The notes under the pieces: generated by a model | Databases searched by the model: none | Seen by the model: only the letters and a program-made list of their open reading frames with translations | Told to the model about the DNA's origin: nothing | Source of the DNA: an uncultured archaeon | Lineage (GTDB): Archaea > Thermoplasmatota > Thermoplasmata > Thermoplasmatales > Thermoplasmataceae | NCBI GenBank assembly: GCA_000965745.1 | Contig: CP009479.1 | Location: 1,824,001-1,888,000 of the forward strand | Length of the DNA stretch: 64,000 nucleotides | Direction of reading: 5' to 3' | Program-made: the position numbers and the translations under genes | Shown here: piece by piece, positions 49,080 to 57,736 of the stretch | Layout: each line of letters starts with the position of its first letter | Position numbering within the stretch: the stretch's first letter is position 1

Positions 49080-49182
49080 CCCGGCTTAGCTCAGTTGGTA
49101 GAGCGGCGGACTGTAGAGGGAATCCACGGCATGGAATACCGCCGTAATCCGCAGGTCTCTGGTTCGAATCCGGAAGCCGGGA
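49080..49182 (+). tRNA. tRNA-Tyr(GTA) with 30-nt intron at 37/38 (49117-49146)
   Basis: Acceptor stem CCCGGCT/AGCCGGG, D arm, anticodon stem GCGGA/TCCGC, GGTTCGAATC T arm; CCA not encoded. Confidence 0.95.
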
Positions 49183-49604
49183 TACAAAGATTGGTTAGGT
49201 TCCTAAACACATTTCTATGCCTTCAGTTGGTAGTTGTTTATGTACTTCCAGGCCAGATTCTGTGATATAATAATGTTTGAATTATAATGCCAGATGTTAT
49301 GGGCATCATGCGGAGGTTATTTCATTGAGAGCGTGTCTGCCACTTAAGTCATCCTCTGATTTAGGAGCAAAGATACTTGGCCTGATAATCCTGATTTCCT
49401 TCTTCAGTTTCCTTCTTGTTAAGCCCGGAGGAGAAGACCTCCGACTACGATCCCAATGGATCAGAGCCATGATAATCTAGCGATTCGGTAAGTGTATAGT
49501 TTGCATTATTACGCAATTATCCCCAAGGATGCGTCGAATTAGAATTTTCATCATGGACGGGACATTACTATCGCTTCAACCGCAAGACATAATGAGGTTA
49601 TTTC

Positions 49605-50537
49605 TCACCTTGAGCGCAACTTATGGCCAGCAAGGCTTGAACCCATGATAAGCAGATCCTTGGCATTTTCAGATATCCCAATATGACTGAGGAATCCATG
49701 AACCATTCCAGTGGCACGAATACAGGTTACTTTTACAGAATGTTGCTTCAGGGTAGATGCATAGGTCTCGCCCTGATCACGCAGCGGATCAAACTCAGCA
49801 GTGATGACGAGAGTTTCTGGCATGCCTTCATGATTTTTGAATAACATCGGAGAGAAATACGGGCTTGCAATGTCCGCATCATTGTTGATGTAATTCTTGT
49901 GGAACCAGCCCATCATTCCCTCTGTGAGTACATATTCCTTTGAAAACTCTCTGAAAGACTCTGAAGAATAATCGGGCGCGACAACGGGATAATACAGGAC
50001 ACTCAGGGCAGGAACCGGATACCCGTCTTCAACCGACTTGACAGAAAGTGCAGCGCACAAGTTTCCACCCGCACTGTCCCCCATTGTGGCAATCTTGTCT
50101 TTATTTGCCCCAAACTGTTCAGATTTCTCCCTAATCCATCTGTAGGAATCGTACGCATCATTCACAGCCGTTGGAAACTTAAACTCGGGTGCGAGCCTGT
50201 AGCCAACTGAAATTACTTTTGAACCGGAATACCTGGCGATGTGCCTGCAAATGCTGTCATATGCCTCAATGTCACCTATTACAAATCCTCCGCCATGATA
50301 AAACACTATGATGGAATCGCTGGCCGAATCGTCAGAATAAAGCCTGGCATCGAGTTCTGAATCCCTTACCGGTATCTTCATGTCTTCAGATTTCTCAATA
50401 GAGATTTCTGCTCCCAGCATCTGATCGTAGGTCTTTGTCAGTTCCCTGAACTCCTTAGGGTCCACACCTTCCATTGATGTGGGCATTATCTGCATTATCT
50501 GGTCTACCATTTTTTTGATGTCCGGATCAACAGGCAT
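49605..50537 (-). CDS. HSL-family esterase/lipase
   Basis: HGGGF, YRLAPE, GDSAGG, DPLRD, HGF. Confidence 0.93.
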   Translation of the reverse strand: MPVDPDIKKMVDQIMQIMPTSMEGVDPKEFRELTKTYDQMLGAEISIEKSEDMKIPVRDSELDARLYSDDSASDSIIVFYHGGGFVIGDIEAYDSICRHIARYSGSKVISVGYRLAPEFKFPTAVNDAYDSYRWIREKSEQFGANKDKIATMGDSAGGNLCAALSVKSVEDGYPVPALSVLYYPVVAPDYSSESFREFSKEYVLTEGMMGWFHKNYINNDADIASPYFSPMLFKNHEGMPETLVITAEFDPLRDQGETYASTLKQHSVKVTCIRATGMVHGFLSHIGISENAKDLLIMGSSLAGHKLRSR

Positions 50538-50574
50538 GTTTATCAATATGAATTTGAAGCTAATTAACTTTGAA

Positions 50575-51426
50575 TCAATCCGCGCGGTACGGGGTTCCGT
50601 TATCCCAGATGCCCGGGGTCAGGCAGCTTTCCAGGTCCTTCCCTATATCCTGTCTTGAGGCATGATAAATCACGATAAAGCCCCCCTCTTTCCCGTCGTT
50701 TCGGATAAGGGCATTCCTTAAGGATTCAGCGGGCTGAAAAATGTAACCTGACATTCCACGGCTTTTGTAGTTATCCTGGAGCACATAATAGAATTCGTGG
50801 CCTGATTCCGAATATTTCTTGATCATGCCCGCAAGGACAACAAAGTGGCCAACCGACCAGTCATCAAGCTCCATGCATTCCTCCCTGGAAAGAAATTCGA
50901 ACAGGTCCACGGGGGTCTTGAGGAAGGCATTTGAACATGTGAGGTCCACCTGAAGATTCAGAATAATATTCAGATCAGTCTTCTGCAAGTTCTCCCAGAT
51001 TAATTCTCCCACTTTTCTGAAAGCTTCAGAGGTCAGGTTCACTTCATTGTTTCTTGCTGCAAAGAATGGTTTTGCGGAGTACTGGTTTCCAAGGACCTTT
51101 CTTGCTGCCTCCAGAACACCAACAGCACTGGTGCCAAGTTCCTCTTCCCTATCAGAAAACTTCATTTCCAGTGGATAAAAGACTTCTCTTGTCCTGTCAT
51201 CCAGCTCGTCTTCAGATTTCCCTTTTAGTTTCCGGCTGAGTTCATACTCGTCACGGGATATTGTTGTCCCACTCAGTTTTGCCATGATGTCTTCTGAAAG
51301 ATCATATTCAGACTTGGTCTCCAGTGACTGGGCAATCTTGAGAAGAGAGTAGGGGCCGCACGTCTCACTTTTCTGATCCTTAAGGCTACTGAAAGTGCCA
51401 TTTAGCCTCTGGATAGACTTCAGCAT
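50575..51426 (-). CDS. Hypothetical protein with putative papain-like Cys-His-Asp triad
   Basis: QKSETCG, GHFVVL, QDNY; start assumed at ATG 51426. Confidence 0.65.
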   Translation of the reverse strand: MLKSIQRLNGTFSSLKDQKSETCGPYSLLKIAQSLETKSEYDLSEDIMAKLSGTTISRDEYELSRKLKGKSEDELDDRTREVFYPLEMKFSDREEELGTSAVGVLEAARKVLGNQYSAKPFFAARNNEVNLTSEAFRKVGELIWENLQKTDLNIILNLQVDLTCSNAFLKTPVDLFEFLSREECMELDDWSVGHFVVLAGMIKKYSESGHEFYYVLQDNYKSRGMSGYIFQPAESLRNALIRNDGKEGGFIVIYHASRQDIGKDLESCLTPGIWDNGTPYRAD

Positions 51427-51460
51427 CCTGATTTCCAAACTTACTCCCGGTTTCCCGGCG

Positions 51461-52849
51461 TCAGATTGGTTCAAGGAATCTGTCAACCTCCCATTTATCG
51501 ACGTTCTTGTAATAATCATCCCACTCTGATTTCCTTACTTTGAGGTACTCATCATACAACAGTTCCCCCATGTACGATCTCAAATCCGAATCTTCCTCAG
51601 CAGCGTGGATGGCTTCAATCAAAGTTGTAGGCAGCATTTCCACCCCTTTCTTCTTCAGTTCACTTTCAGAGAAATCAGCGGGATCATAGTTCAGCGGCTC
51701 CCCGGGATCTATACCGCTTTCAATGCCGTCTATTCCAGCCGCAATCAGGGCACCAATGGCGATATGTGGGTTAGATGAGCAATCCGGGAGCCTGAACTCA
51801 ATTCTGGTCGACTCCGTATCGCCAGGAGGATTGGATGGAATACGAACTGCAACACCCCTGTGGTCGTATCCGTAAGAAACGTGTGCAGGTGCCCAGCTGC
51901 CAGGTATCAACCTTTTGTATGAGTTGGAAAGAGGGTTTTCGAATGCACAAAGCGCCTTCATGTGCTTCATCACACCGCCAATGAAGTTGTAGGCGGTCCT
52001 GCTCAAACCGATTCCCCCTGGATCTTTACCGTCAGACATCACATTTCGGGTTGTGCTCTTGTCGAAGAGAGAAAGGTGAATGTGGAGTCCACTTCCGGGT
52101 GAAGAGTTGTCAACCTTTGGCATGAAACTGGCGACCATGGCTCCCTTCGCTGCGGTTGATTTGATAACGCTCTTCAGAACGATGAACTGGTCTGCTATTT
52201 TTAAAGGTTCGCCATACCTGTAGGTTATTTCAAACTGGGAGCTGCCGTATTCTTTTTTCAGATGCTCGACAACAATCCCCATTTTTTCCAGGTTGCCGGA
52301 CACTTCGTTTAGGAAGGGGGCGGTCTTGTCGATCCCGAGGCTGTCCATCAGCTTGCCGGTAACCACAGGCTTATGATCATTTTCATTGAAAATATAGAAT
52401 TCTGACTCCATTGCGCATTTGGCATACAACCCGAGGCTGTCCAGCCTGCCAATCATCCTTCTCAGGAAAAAGCGAGGATCGGAAGGCGTCGGTTCAAGAT
52501 TTTCAGGTTCCGATAATTCAGTCTGAATCCTCGCAACACCATCGACATGCGGGAGAACAGCGTATGTCGAAATATCGGGCATTAATTTGAATTCTGACGA
52601 TTGTGAGCCATATAGCCCGTCATGGACAAGATGGTCAAGGACGTTGAAAGACTGCTGGGCCCTTGTAACACCTATACCATACCTGACAGCATCTGAAAGA
52701 AAGTCAACAGTTGTTGCCATATTTCTCAGAATCAGGTCAAGGCCCATCCATTCCAGCTTAACAACCCGAATTCCATCCTTCCTCACCTTTTCAACGAACG
52801 CATCAACATTTTTACTGTTCAAATAATCACCATTCTTAAGGAGCGCCAT
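51461..52849 (-). CDS. Glutamine-synthetase-like gamma-glutamyl-amine ligase
   Basis: ESEFY, QFEI, GSGLHIH, NSYKRL, RIEFR; GSWAP in place of GYEAP. Confidence 0.85.
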   Translation of the reverse strand: MALLKNGDYLNSKNVDAFVEKVRKDGIRVVKLEWMGLDLILRNMATTVDFLSDAVRYGIGVTRAQQSFNVLDHLVHDGLYGSQSSEFKLMPDISTYAVLPHVDGVARIQTELSEPENLEPTPSDPRFFLRRMIGRLDSLGLYAKCAMESEFYIFNENDHKPVVTGKLMDSLGIDKTAPFLNEVSGNLEKMGIVVEHLKKEYGSSQFEITYRYGEPLKIADQFIVLKSVIKSTAAKGAMVASFMPKVDNSSPGSGLHIHLSLFDKSTTRNVMSDGKDPGGIGLSRTAYNFIGGVMKHMKALCAFENPLSNSYKRLIPGSWAPAHVSYGYDHRGVAVRIPSNPPGDTESTRIEFRLPDCSSNPHIAIGALIAAGIDGIESGIDPGEPLNYDPADFSESELKKKGVEMLPTTLIEAIHAAEEDSDLRSYMGELLYDEYLKVRKSEWDDYYKNVDKWEVDRFLEPI

Positions 52850-53015
52850 TCCAATTTCCAGAAACGGTTCCCGGACCCTGCAGGCAGCAGTACTGATGAT
52901 GGGCTGTTTCTGTTGCCTTTAGGTACTGCACACCCAACCAGGTAACACACTATCATGCGATATATATTCCTTTCCCCGAAAATTCCGGCAGGAATAGCAC
53001 AGTTAACTGCCGCCT

Positions 53016-53369
53016 TCAGAATATCTTGTAATACATCAGCACAATTGCAGCTATTATGATGGTGGCTCCAACCGCATATAAAATATAATTCTTCAGAGGG
53101 TAGGGAGGCTTGTAGTTTTCATCCGACAGCATATTCTCAAAGGAGTAATCCTTATCGTTTTTTTCTGCGGGTGCACCTGTAGGTGCCGGCGTTGGGCTTG
53201 GTCTCGCACCCCTCCTTCTTCGCCTGAAGAAGGGGAAAAAGAAGAAAAATGGAAGGAAATATCCGTAACCTGAGTAATGAGGGAAGAATCTTGGAACTAT
53301 AAATATGAGAAGCGCCCAGATCGCAATGTATGCAATCCAGATGAAAGAGCCAATATTTCTTCTGTCCAC
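53016..53369 (-). CDS. Small membrane protein
   Basis: TM segments, Phe-rich stretch then Arg run; GTG start. Confidence 0.6.
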   Translation of the reverse strand: MDRRNIGSFIWIAYIAIWALLIFIVPRFFPHYSGYGYFLPFFFFFPFFRRRRRGARPSPTPAPTGAPAEKNDKDYSFENMLSDENYKPPYPLKNYILYAVGATIIIAAIVLMYYKIF

Positions 53370-53457
53370 AACTATCGCTCCAGGATTAAATTCTTGCTAA
53401 TAACCATATCATATCCTGTTATCCATGGAAGAACGCGCCCACTTCAGTCTTTCACCT

Positions 53458-53931
53458 TCACCTTCGCCTTCTGAGTATGTTGCACACCCACCCTTCAGGA
53501 GCTCTGGCCTGTTCAATCTCAAATAGAATAAGCCTTGCCTGGGTGCTTGCGTCCTGTTTTTCCAGTTCCTGGTAAACAGTCTGTTCTTCGGCTTCATTAT
53601 GGGCATCCAGAACTCTTATCAGGCCCTCTACCCTGTCAGTTGCCAGCTCACCCCGCCCCGCGTTGAGATATTCCTCTATCTTGTCGAGGAGTTTCCATAT
53701 CCCGCCATGTTCTACCTCCAGGCCATGAATCCTTGCGGCGTTCGCCTGATTTTCAACGGTTCTGAAAAGGATGGACTCCTCCCAGAATATGTGGTTTTGG
53801 AGGCTGTTCCTGGCTTTTTCGAAACAGGACACCGACGGTTTTCCTTCTCTTAAGGAGTCCAGAAAACAGGTAAGTGATTCGCCTACGCGCTTGTGATCTT
53901 CTTCCAGAATGTCTGAGAGCAATTGCCCCAC
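53458..53931 (-). CDS. Hemerythrin/HHE domain protein
   Basis: EDH, HIFWEE, EH, HNEAEE. Confidence 0.85.
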   Translation of the reverse strand: MGQLLSDILEEDHKRVGESLTCFLDSLREGKPSVSCFEKARNSLQNHIFWEESILFRTVENQANAARIHGLEVEHGGIWKLLDKIEEYLNAGRGELATDRVEGLIRVLDAHNEAEEQTVYQELEKQDASTQARLILFEIEQARAPEGWVCNILRRRR

Positions 53932-54047
53932 CCAATGGCTTATATCGGAACTGTATCTAAATTTAGCCCATTGGCAAATTGTAATCCCGGATATTTGCTC
54001 AGGATAATTTTGTGAATATATTTATACAGTATTCGGGTTGGTCAACC

Positions 54048-54836
54048 ATGAAAGAAAGTGACATTCCCGGGAAATCTTCATTGCTTATGGGAAAAGTAGC
54101 GCTTGTTACTGGCGCAAGCCAGGGGATAGGAAGGGCTATAGCCATCGCATTCCAGAGGGAAGGTGCTCAGGTTGTAGTGCATTACAAGGGTTCTGAAAAC
54201 AGGAAAGATGCAGAGAATCTTAAAGTTGAGCTAGAAAGGTTGGGAGATACATCTCCGCTTCTGGTACAGGGTGATGTCACAATTGAGGATGACGTAAAAA
54301 AGGCAGTAGACTCAGTAATGGACAAGATAGGCCGCATTGACATACTTGTAAATAATGCAGGCGTCCTTAGCCAGTATGAGGTGCATAAAATGCCAGTAGA
54401 TGAGTGGGACCGAATAATAGGGACCAATCTGCGGAGCGTATTCCTCTTCACAAGGCTGGTTGTGCCCGGTATGATTGAGCGCAAGTGGGGAAGAATCATA
54501 AACATCGCATCACAGCTGGGACAGATCGGAGGTGAGGAGATGGCACATTACAGTGCTTCCAAAGCAGGCATTATAGGTTTTACCAAGTCTATAGCGAGAG
54601 AGCTTGGAAAGCACAACATAACAGCCAACTGCATCGCCCCGGGACCTATAGAAACGGACATGCTCAAAGAAGAGACGGATGAGTGGAGGAACTCAAAGCT
54701 TTCGGAGCTTCCACTCAAGAGATTCGGGTATCCAGAAGAGGTGGCGCCCACTGCCGTGCTGCTTGCATCGGACCCCCGAGGAAACCTTTACACTGGACAG
54801 ACGCTGGGGCCGAACAGTGGCGACGTTATGCTCTGA
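54048..54836 (+). CDS. Short-chain dehydrogenase/reductase (FabG-like)
   Basis: TGASQGIG, NNAG, YSASK, PGPIET. Confidence 0.92.
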   Translation: MKESDIPGKSSLLMGKVALVTGASQGIGRAIAIAFQREGAQVVVHYKGSENRKDAENLKVELERLGDTSPLLVQGDVTIEDDVKKAVDSVMDKIGRIDILVNNAGVLSQYEVHKMPVDEWDRIIGTNLRSVFLFTRLVVPGMIERKWGRIINIASQLGQIGGEEMAHYSASKAGIIGFTKSIARELGKHNITANCIAPGPIETDMLKEETDEWRNSKLSELPLKRFGYPEEVAPTAVLLASDPRGNLYTGQTLGPNSGDVML

Positions 54837-54850
54837 TATACGGTCGAGTC

Positions 54851-55915
54851 TCATGGGAACGGCCACCCGGAAATTCTTTGAGGGTTCCGCCTTACTTCCG
54901 GCAGAGGTTTGATGTCAATTTTACGGCCGCATTCCCTGCACCTTCCATCTTCCGTCAGATTGAACGATATAGTGCGCATCATATCCCTCTCAACACATAG
55001 GCTGCCGCATTCGGGGCAATAGGTATTCTGGTAGATGCTGCCAGGGACATTGCCGATATACACGTATTTCATGCCCTCCTCCCTGGCCACTTCATAATGC
55101 CTGATTAGTGTCTCCACTGGAGTGCTCGGGAGATGCATGAGCTTATAATCGGGATGAAACCTCAGAAAGCTCACTGGGATGCTGTCGCCGAATATCTCCT
55201 TCACTCTTTGAACCATAATTCTTGCATCATCGATCGAGTCTCCGATCTGTGGCACGACGAGATCAGTGATTTCCACATGAATTCCAGTTTTAGACAGCCC
55301 CTTCAGGGCGTCATATATGAATTCCGGAGATGGAACTGACATGTACCTCCTGTAGAATGAGAGATTGGCGTTTCCCTTGAAATCCACAGTTATGCAGTCG
55401 AGGAAATCGGAGAGTTCATCTATCGCCTCCGGCGTTTCATATCCGTTGGAGACAAAGACAGTTATCAGGCCTTTCTCTTTGGCTATAAGGCCAATATCCT
55501 TTGCATATTCGATGAAGATTGTAGGCTCGTTGTATGTGAATGCTATGCCCTGGCACCCTTCCTTCACTGCATTATCTACAACCTGCTCAGGTGTCATATA
55601 ATAGCTGCCTTCTATTTCCCTTCTCTGGCTGACGTCATAATTCTGGCAGAACTGGCACGCAAAGTTGCAGCCAGCAGTCCCTATGGAATATATCCAGGTA
55701 CCCTGGTACCTGTGCAGGATTGGCTTCTTTTCAATGGGGTCAATCTGAGCAACGAGCGGCCTCCCATAAGCCAGCAGGTCAAGCTTACCGCCCACGTTTT
55801 TCCGGACTCCGCAGAACCCTATCTGCCCATCCTTCAGAATACAATACCTGCTGCAGGCTGTGCATCTGACCTTGCCTTCGGATATCCTCTCATAAAGTGT
55901 TGCCTCGTGAATCAA
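54851..55915 (-). CDS. amrS: AmmeMemoRadiSam radical SAM enzyme
   Basis: DPIEKKP, CNFACQFCQN, FTYNEP, RFHPDY, YIGNV, C-terminal CxxC pairs. Confidence 0.92.
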   Translation of the reverse strand: MIHEATLYERISEGKVRCTACSRYCILKDGQIGFCGVRKNVGGKLDLLAYGRPLVAQIDPIEKKPILHRYQGTWIYSIGTAGCNFACQFCQNYDVSQRREIEGSYYMTPEQVVDNAVKEGCQGIAFTYNEPTIFIEYAKDIGLIAKEKGLITVFVSNGYETPEAIDELSDFLDCITVDFKGNANLSFYRRYMSVPSPEFIYDALKGLSKTGIHVEITDLVVPQIGDSIDDARIMVQRVKEIFGDSIPVSFLRFHPDYKLMHLPSTPVETLIRHYEVAREEGMKYVYIGNVPGSIYQNTYCPECGSLCVERDMMRTISFNLTEDGRCRECGRKIDIKPLPEVRRNPQRISGWPFP

Positions 55916-55974
55916 TATCTTATCAGTACCTTAATGAATTAAACTCTTTCCGTGCGAGAAACGCAACTGCCGGG

Positions 55975-56790
55975 TTAACTCTGCGGGCAGGCAACCAGGG
56001 ACGCATAACCGACCACAGAAGAGAAATCACCGCTGGTTTCTCCTGATGTTCTATAGTCGAGCAGCTTCAGGCTGCCGCCCCTTAGCCTGACTATTTCCAT
56101 CATAATTGCAATAGCACCGTATCCGCAAGAGGAGATTCTCCTGTCTCCAAGTATTCTGTAAAGTTCCGGTACATCCAAGGACTCTATGACCGCTACGAGA
56201 TCATGATCCTTTCTTCTTGCGGATTCGTGGCTTTCATAATGGGTCAGGTCAGATGTGGAAACAAAGGCGACTTCGTCCCCGAGGCCGTTCAGTGCATGGG
56301 CGATTTCCAGTGCTGTTTCCTTAGTCTGGTCGCCCAGAATTATCGGGGAGAACTCAAAATTTTCCCCATAAATATACTGGAGAAAAGGTATCTGCACTTC
56401 CACCGAATGCTCGACGGAGTGCGGGGTTGGATCTATGACTATTTTCTCAGATAATTCCGAGATTCTGTCAGAAAGGGCTGAATCAATCTTCGCGGAACCA
56501 AGCGGGGTAAGCCACGAGCCTCCTGAATAAGCTGCGGCAATTCTAGGGTAAGAATTGTGATTGGGACCTATAATGACGAATTTCCTGGCAGGAGATCTTC
56601 TTAGTGCCTTGAAAGAATGCATTGCGGTTATGCCGGAATATATCAGCCCGGCATGCGGGACAACCACTCCTATGGGATTATCGCATGAGTCTGGCTCACC
56701 GACTTCACGATCGATTGTTGAGAGCAACTCCTCAAGCTCTTTCTTACTGGATGGGTAGAAGAAACCACTGACAGCGGGACGTCTGTCCAT
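55975..56790 (-). CDS. amrB: AmmeMemoRadiSam protein B (MEMO1 family)
   Basis: PAVSGFFYP, PHAG, GPNH, EHSVEVQ, SDLTHY, VVGY. Confidence 0.92.
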   Translation of the reverse strand: MDRRPAVSGFFYPSSKKELEELLSTIDREVGEPDSCDNPIGVVVPHAGLIYSGITAMHSFKALRRSPARKFVIIGPNHNSYPRIAAAYSGGSWLTPLGSAKIDSALSDRISELSEKIVIDPTPHSVEHSVEVQIPFLQYIYGENFEFSPIILGDQTKETALEIAHALNGLGDEVAFVSTSDLTHYESHESARRKDHDLVAVIESLDVPELYRILGDRRISSCGYGAIAIMMEIVRLRGGSLKLLDYRTSGETSGDFSSVVGYASLVACPQS

Positions 56791-56873
56791 GTCTTTACAT
56801 TCGCACAGGGTTATATTAAACTTGACCGACCATATGAGAACAATCCAATACAAACTTTATATCACAACTATTC

Positions 56874-57476
56874 ATGATACCAGTAATGGTACAATCGGCC
56901 AACCCAGCCAGTGAATTGCGGGTTTTCGACCTCATTACCGTGAGCCGTCGCGAATACATCAGGAAGACAGCAGCTTGTGCACTGAGGAAATATTTCAGGT
57001 TGTCTGAATGCCCTGGCACGGACGATGACTTATTGCAGAAACTTAAGGCAGGGGTCTTTGTAACCATCAAGGAGAATGGTGATCTCCGGGGATGCATCGG
57101 GTTCGTGACACCTCCTACCGGCTTCCTGCAGACAGTCAGGGAGGCAGCTGTGATGGCAGCCACTGAAGACCCCAGGTTTCTTCCCGTAACTGCTGATGAT
57201 CTTGAAAGGATTGAGTTGGAGATCACAATACTTGGCAGCCCTAAACCATTCGGAAACAGGGACGCGACTAGCCTGAAATCTCTGGAGATTGGGAAGCATG
57301 GGCTCATTGTGGAGAGCCCGTTCGGGCGAGGCCTGCTGCTTCCTCAGGTAGCACTTGAATGGGGATTCGGCGTCGAGGAATTCCTGGAAGCAACGTGCAT
57401 AAAAGCCGGGCTCAAGCGTGACTGTTGGAAAGACCCAGGCAATAAGATTTTTTACTTTGACGCACTGAGTTTTTGA
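56874..57476 (+). CDS. amrA: AmmeMemoRadiSam protein A (AMMECR1 family)
   Basis: GVFVT, LRGCIG, DPRF, GLLLPQV, KAG. Confidence 0.92.
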   Translation: MIPVMVQSANPASELRVFDLITVSRREYIRKTAACALRKYFRLSECPGTDDDLLQKLKAGVFVTIKENGDLRGCIGFVTPPTGFLQTVREAAVMAATEDPRFLPVTADDLERIELEITILGSPKPFGNRDATSLKSLEIGKHGLIVESPFGRGLLLPQVALEWGFGVEEFLEATCIKAGLKRDCWKDPGNKIFYFDALSF

Positions 57477-57586
57477 CCGCCTCATGTGGTTTTTTATTGA
57501 CCGTGTAACACAGTGCTACATCAGATTTGGATTAATCGTGCAATTTGTTTTAGAAAGAGACATATATTGCCTCGTGATCTTAACTC

Positions 57587-57727
57587 ATGGCACGAGATGT
57601 AATATGTGGAATGAGCGTTAAAGAGGATACTGACATAACCAGCACGTTTAGTGGAAAAACCTACTACTTCTGCAGCGTGGATTGCAAGGAAGAATTTGAC
57701 AAGAACCCCATAAAGTATACAAGGTGA
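57587..57727 (+). CDS. YHS/TRASH-domain copper chaperone (46 aa; absent from ORF track)
   Basis: MARDVICGMSVKEDTDITSTFSGKTYYFCSVDCKEEFDKNPIKYTR; ends 9 nt before copA. Confidence 0.9.
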   Translation: MARDVICGMSVKEDTDITSTFSGKTYYFCSVDCKEEFDKNPIKYTR

Positions 57728-57736
57728 AGTGAAGAA

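Noticed and set aside
49183-49604. Gap after tRNA-Tyr as an integration site or gene remnant; short ORFs on both strands
   Set aside because: No integrase, no duplicated tRNA 3' end seen in the window, no recognisable protein
51461-52849. Calling this gene glnA
   Set aside because: Glu-flap replaced by Trp and the N-terminal DGSS motif is missing
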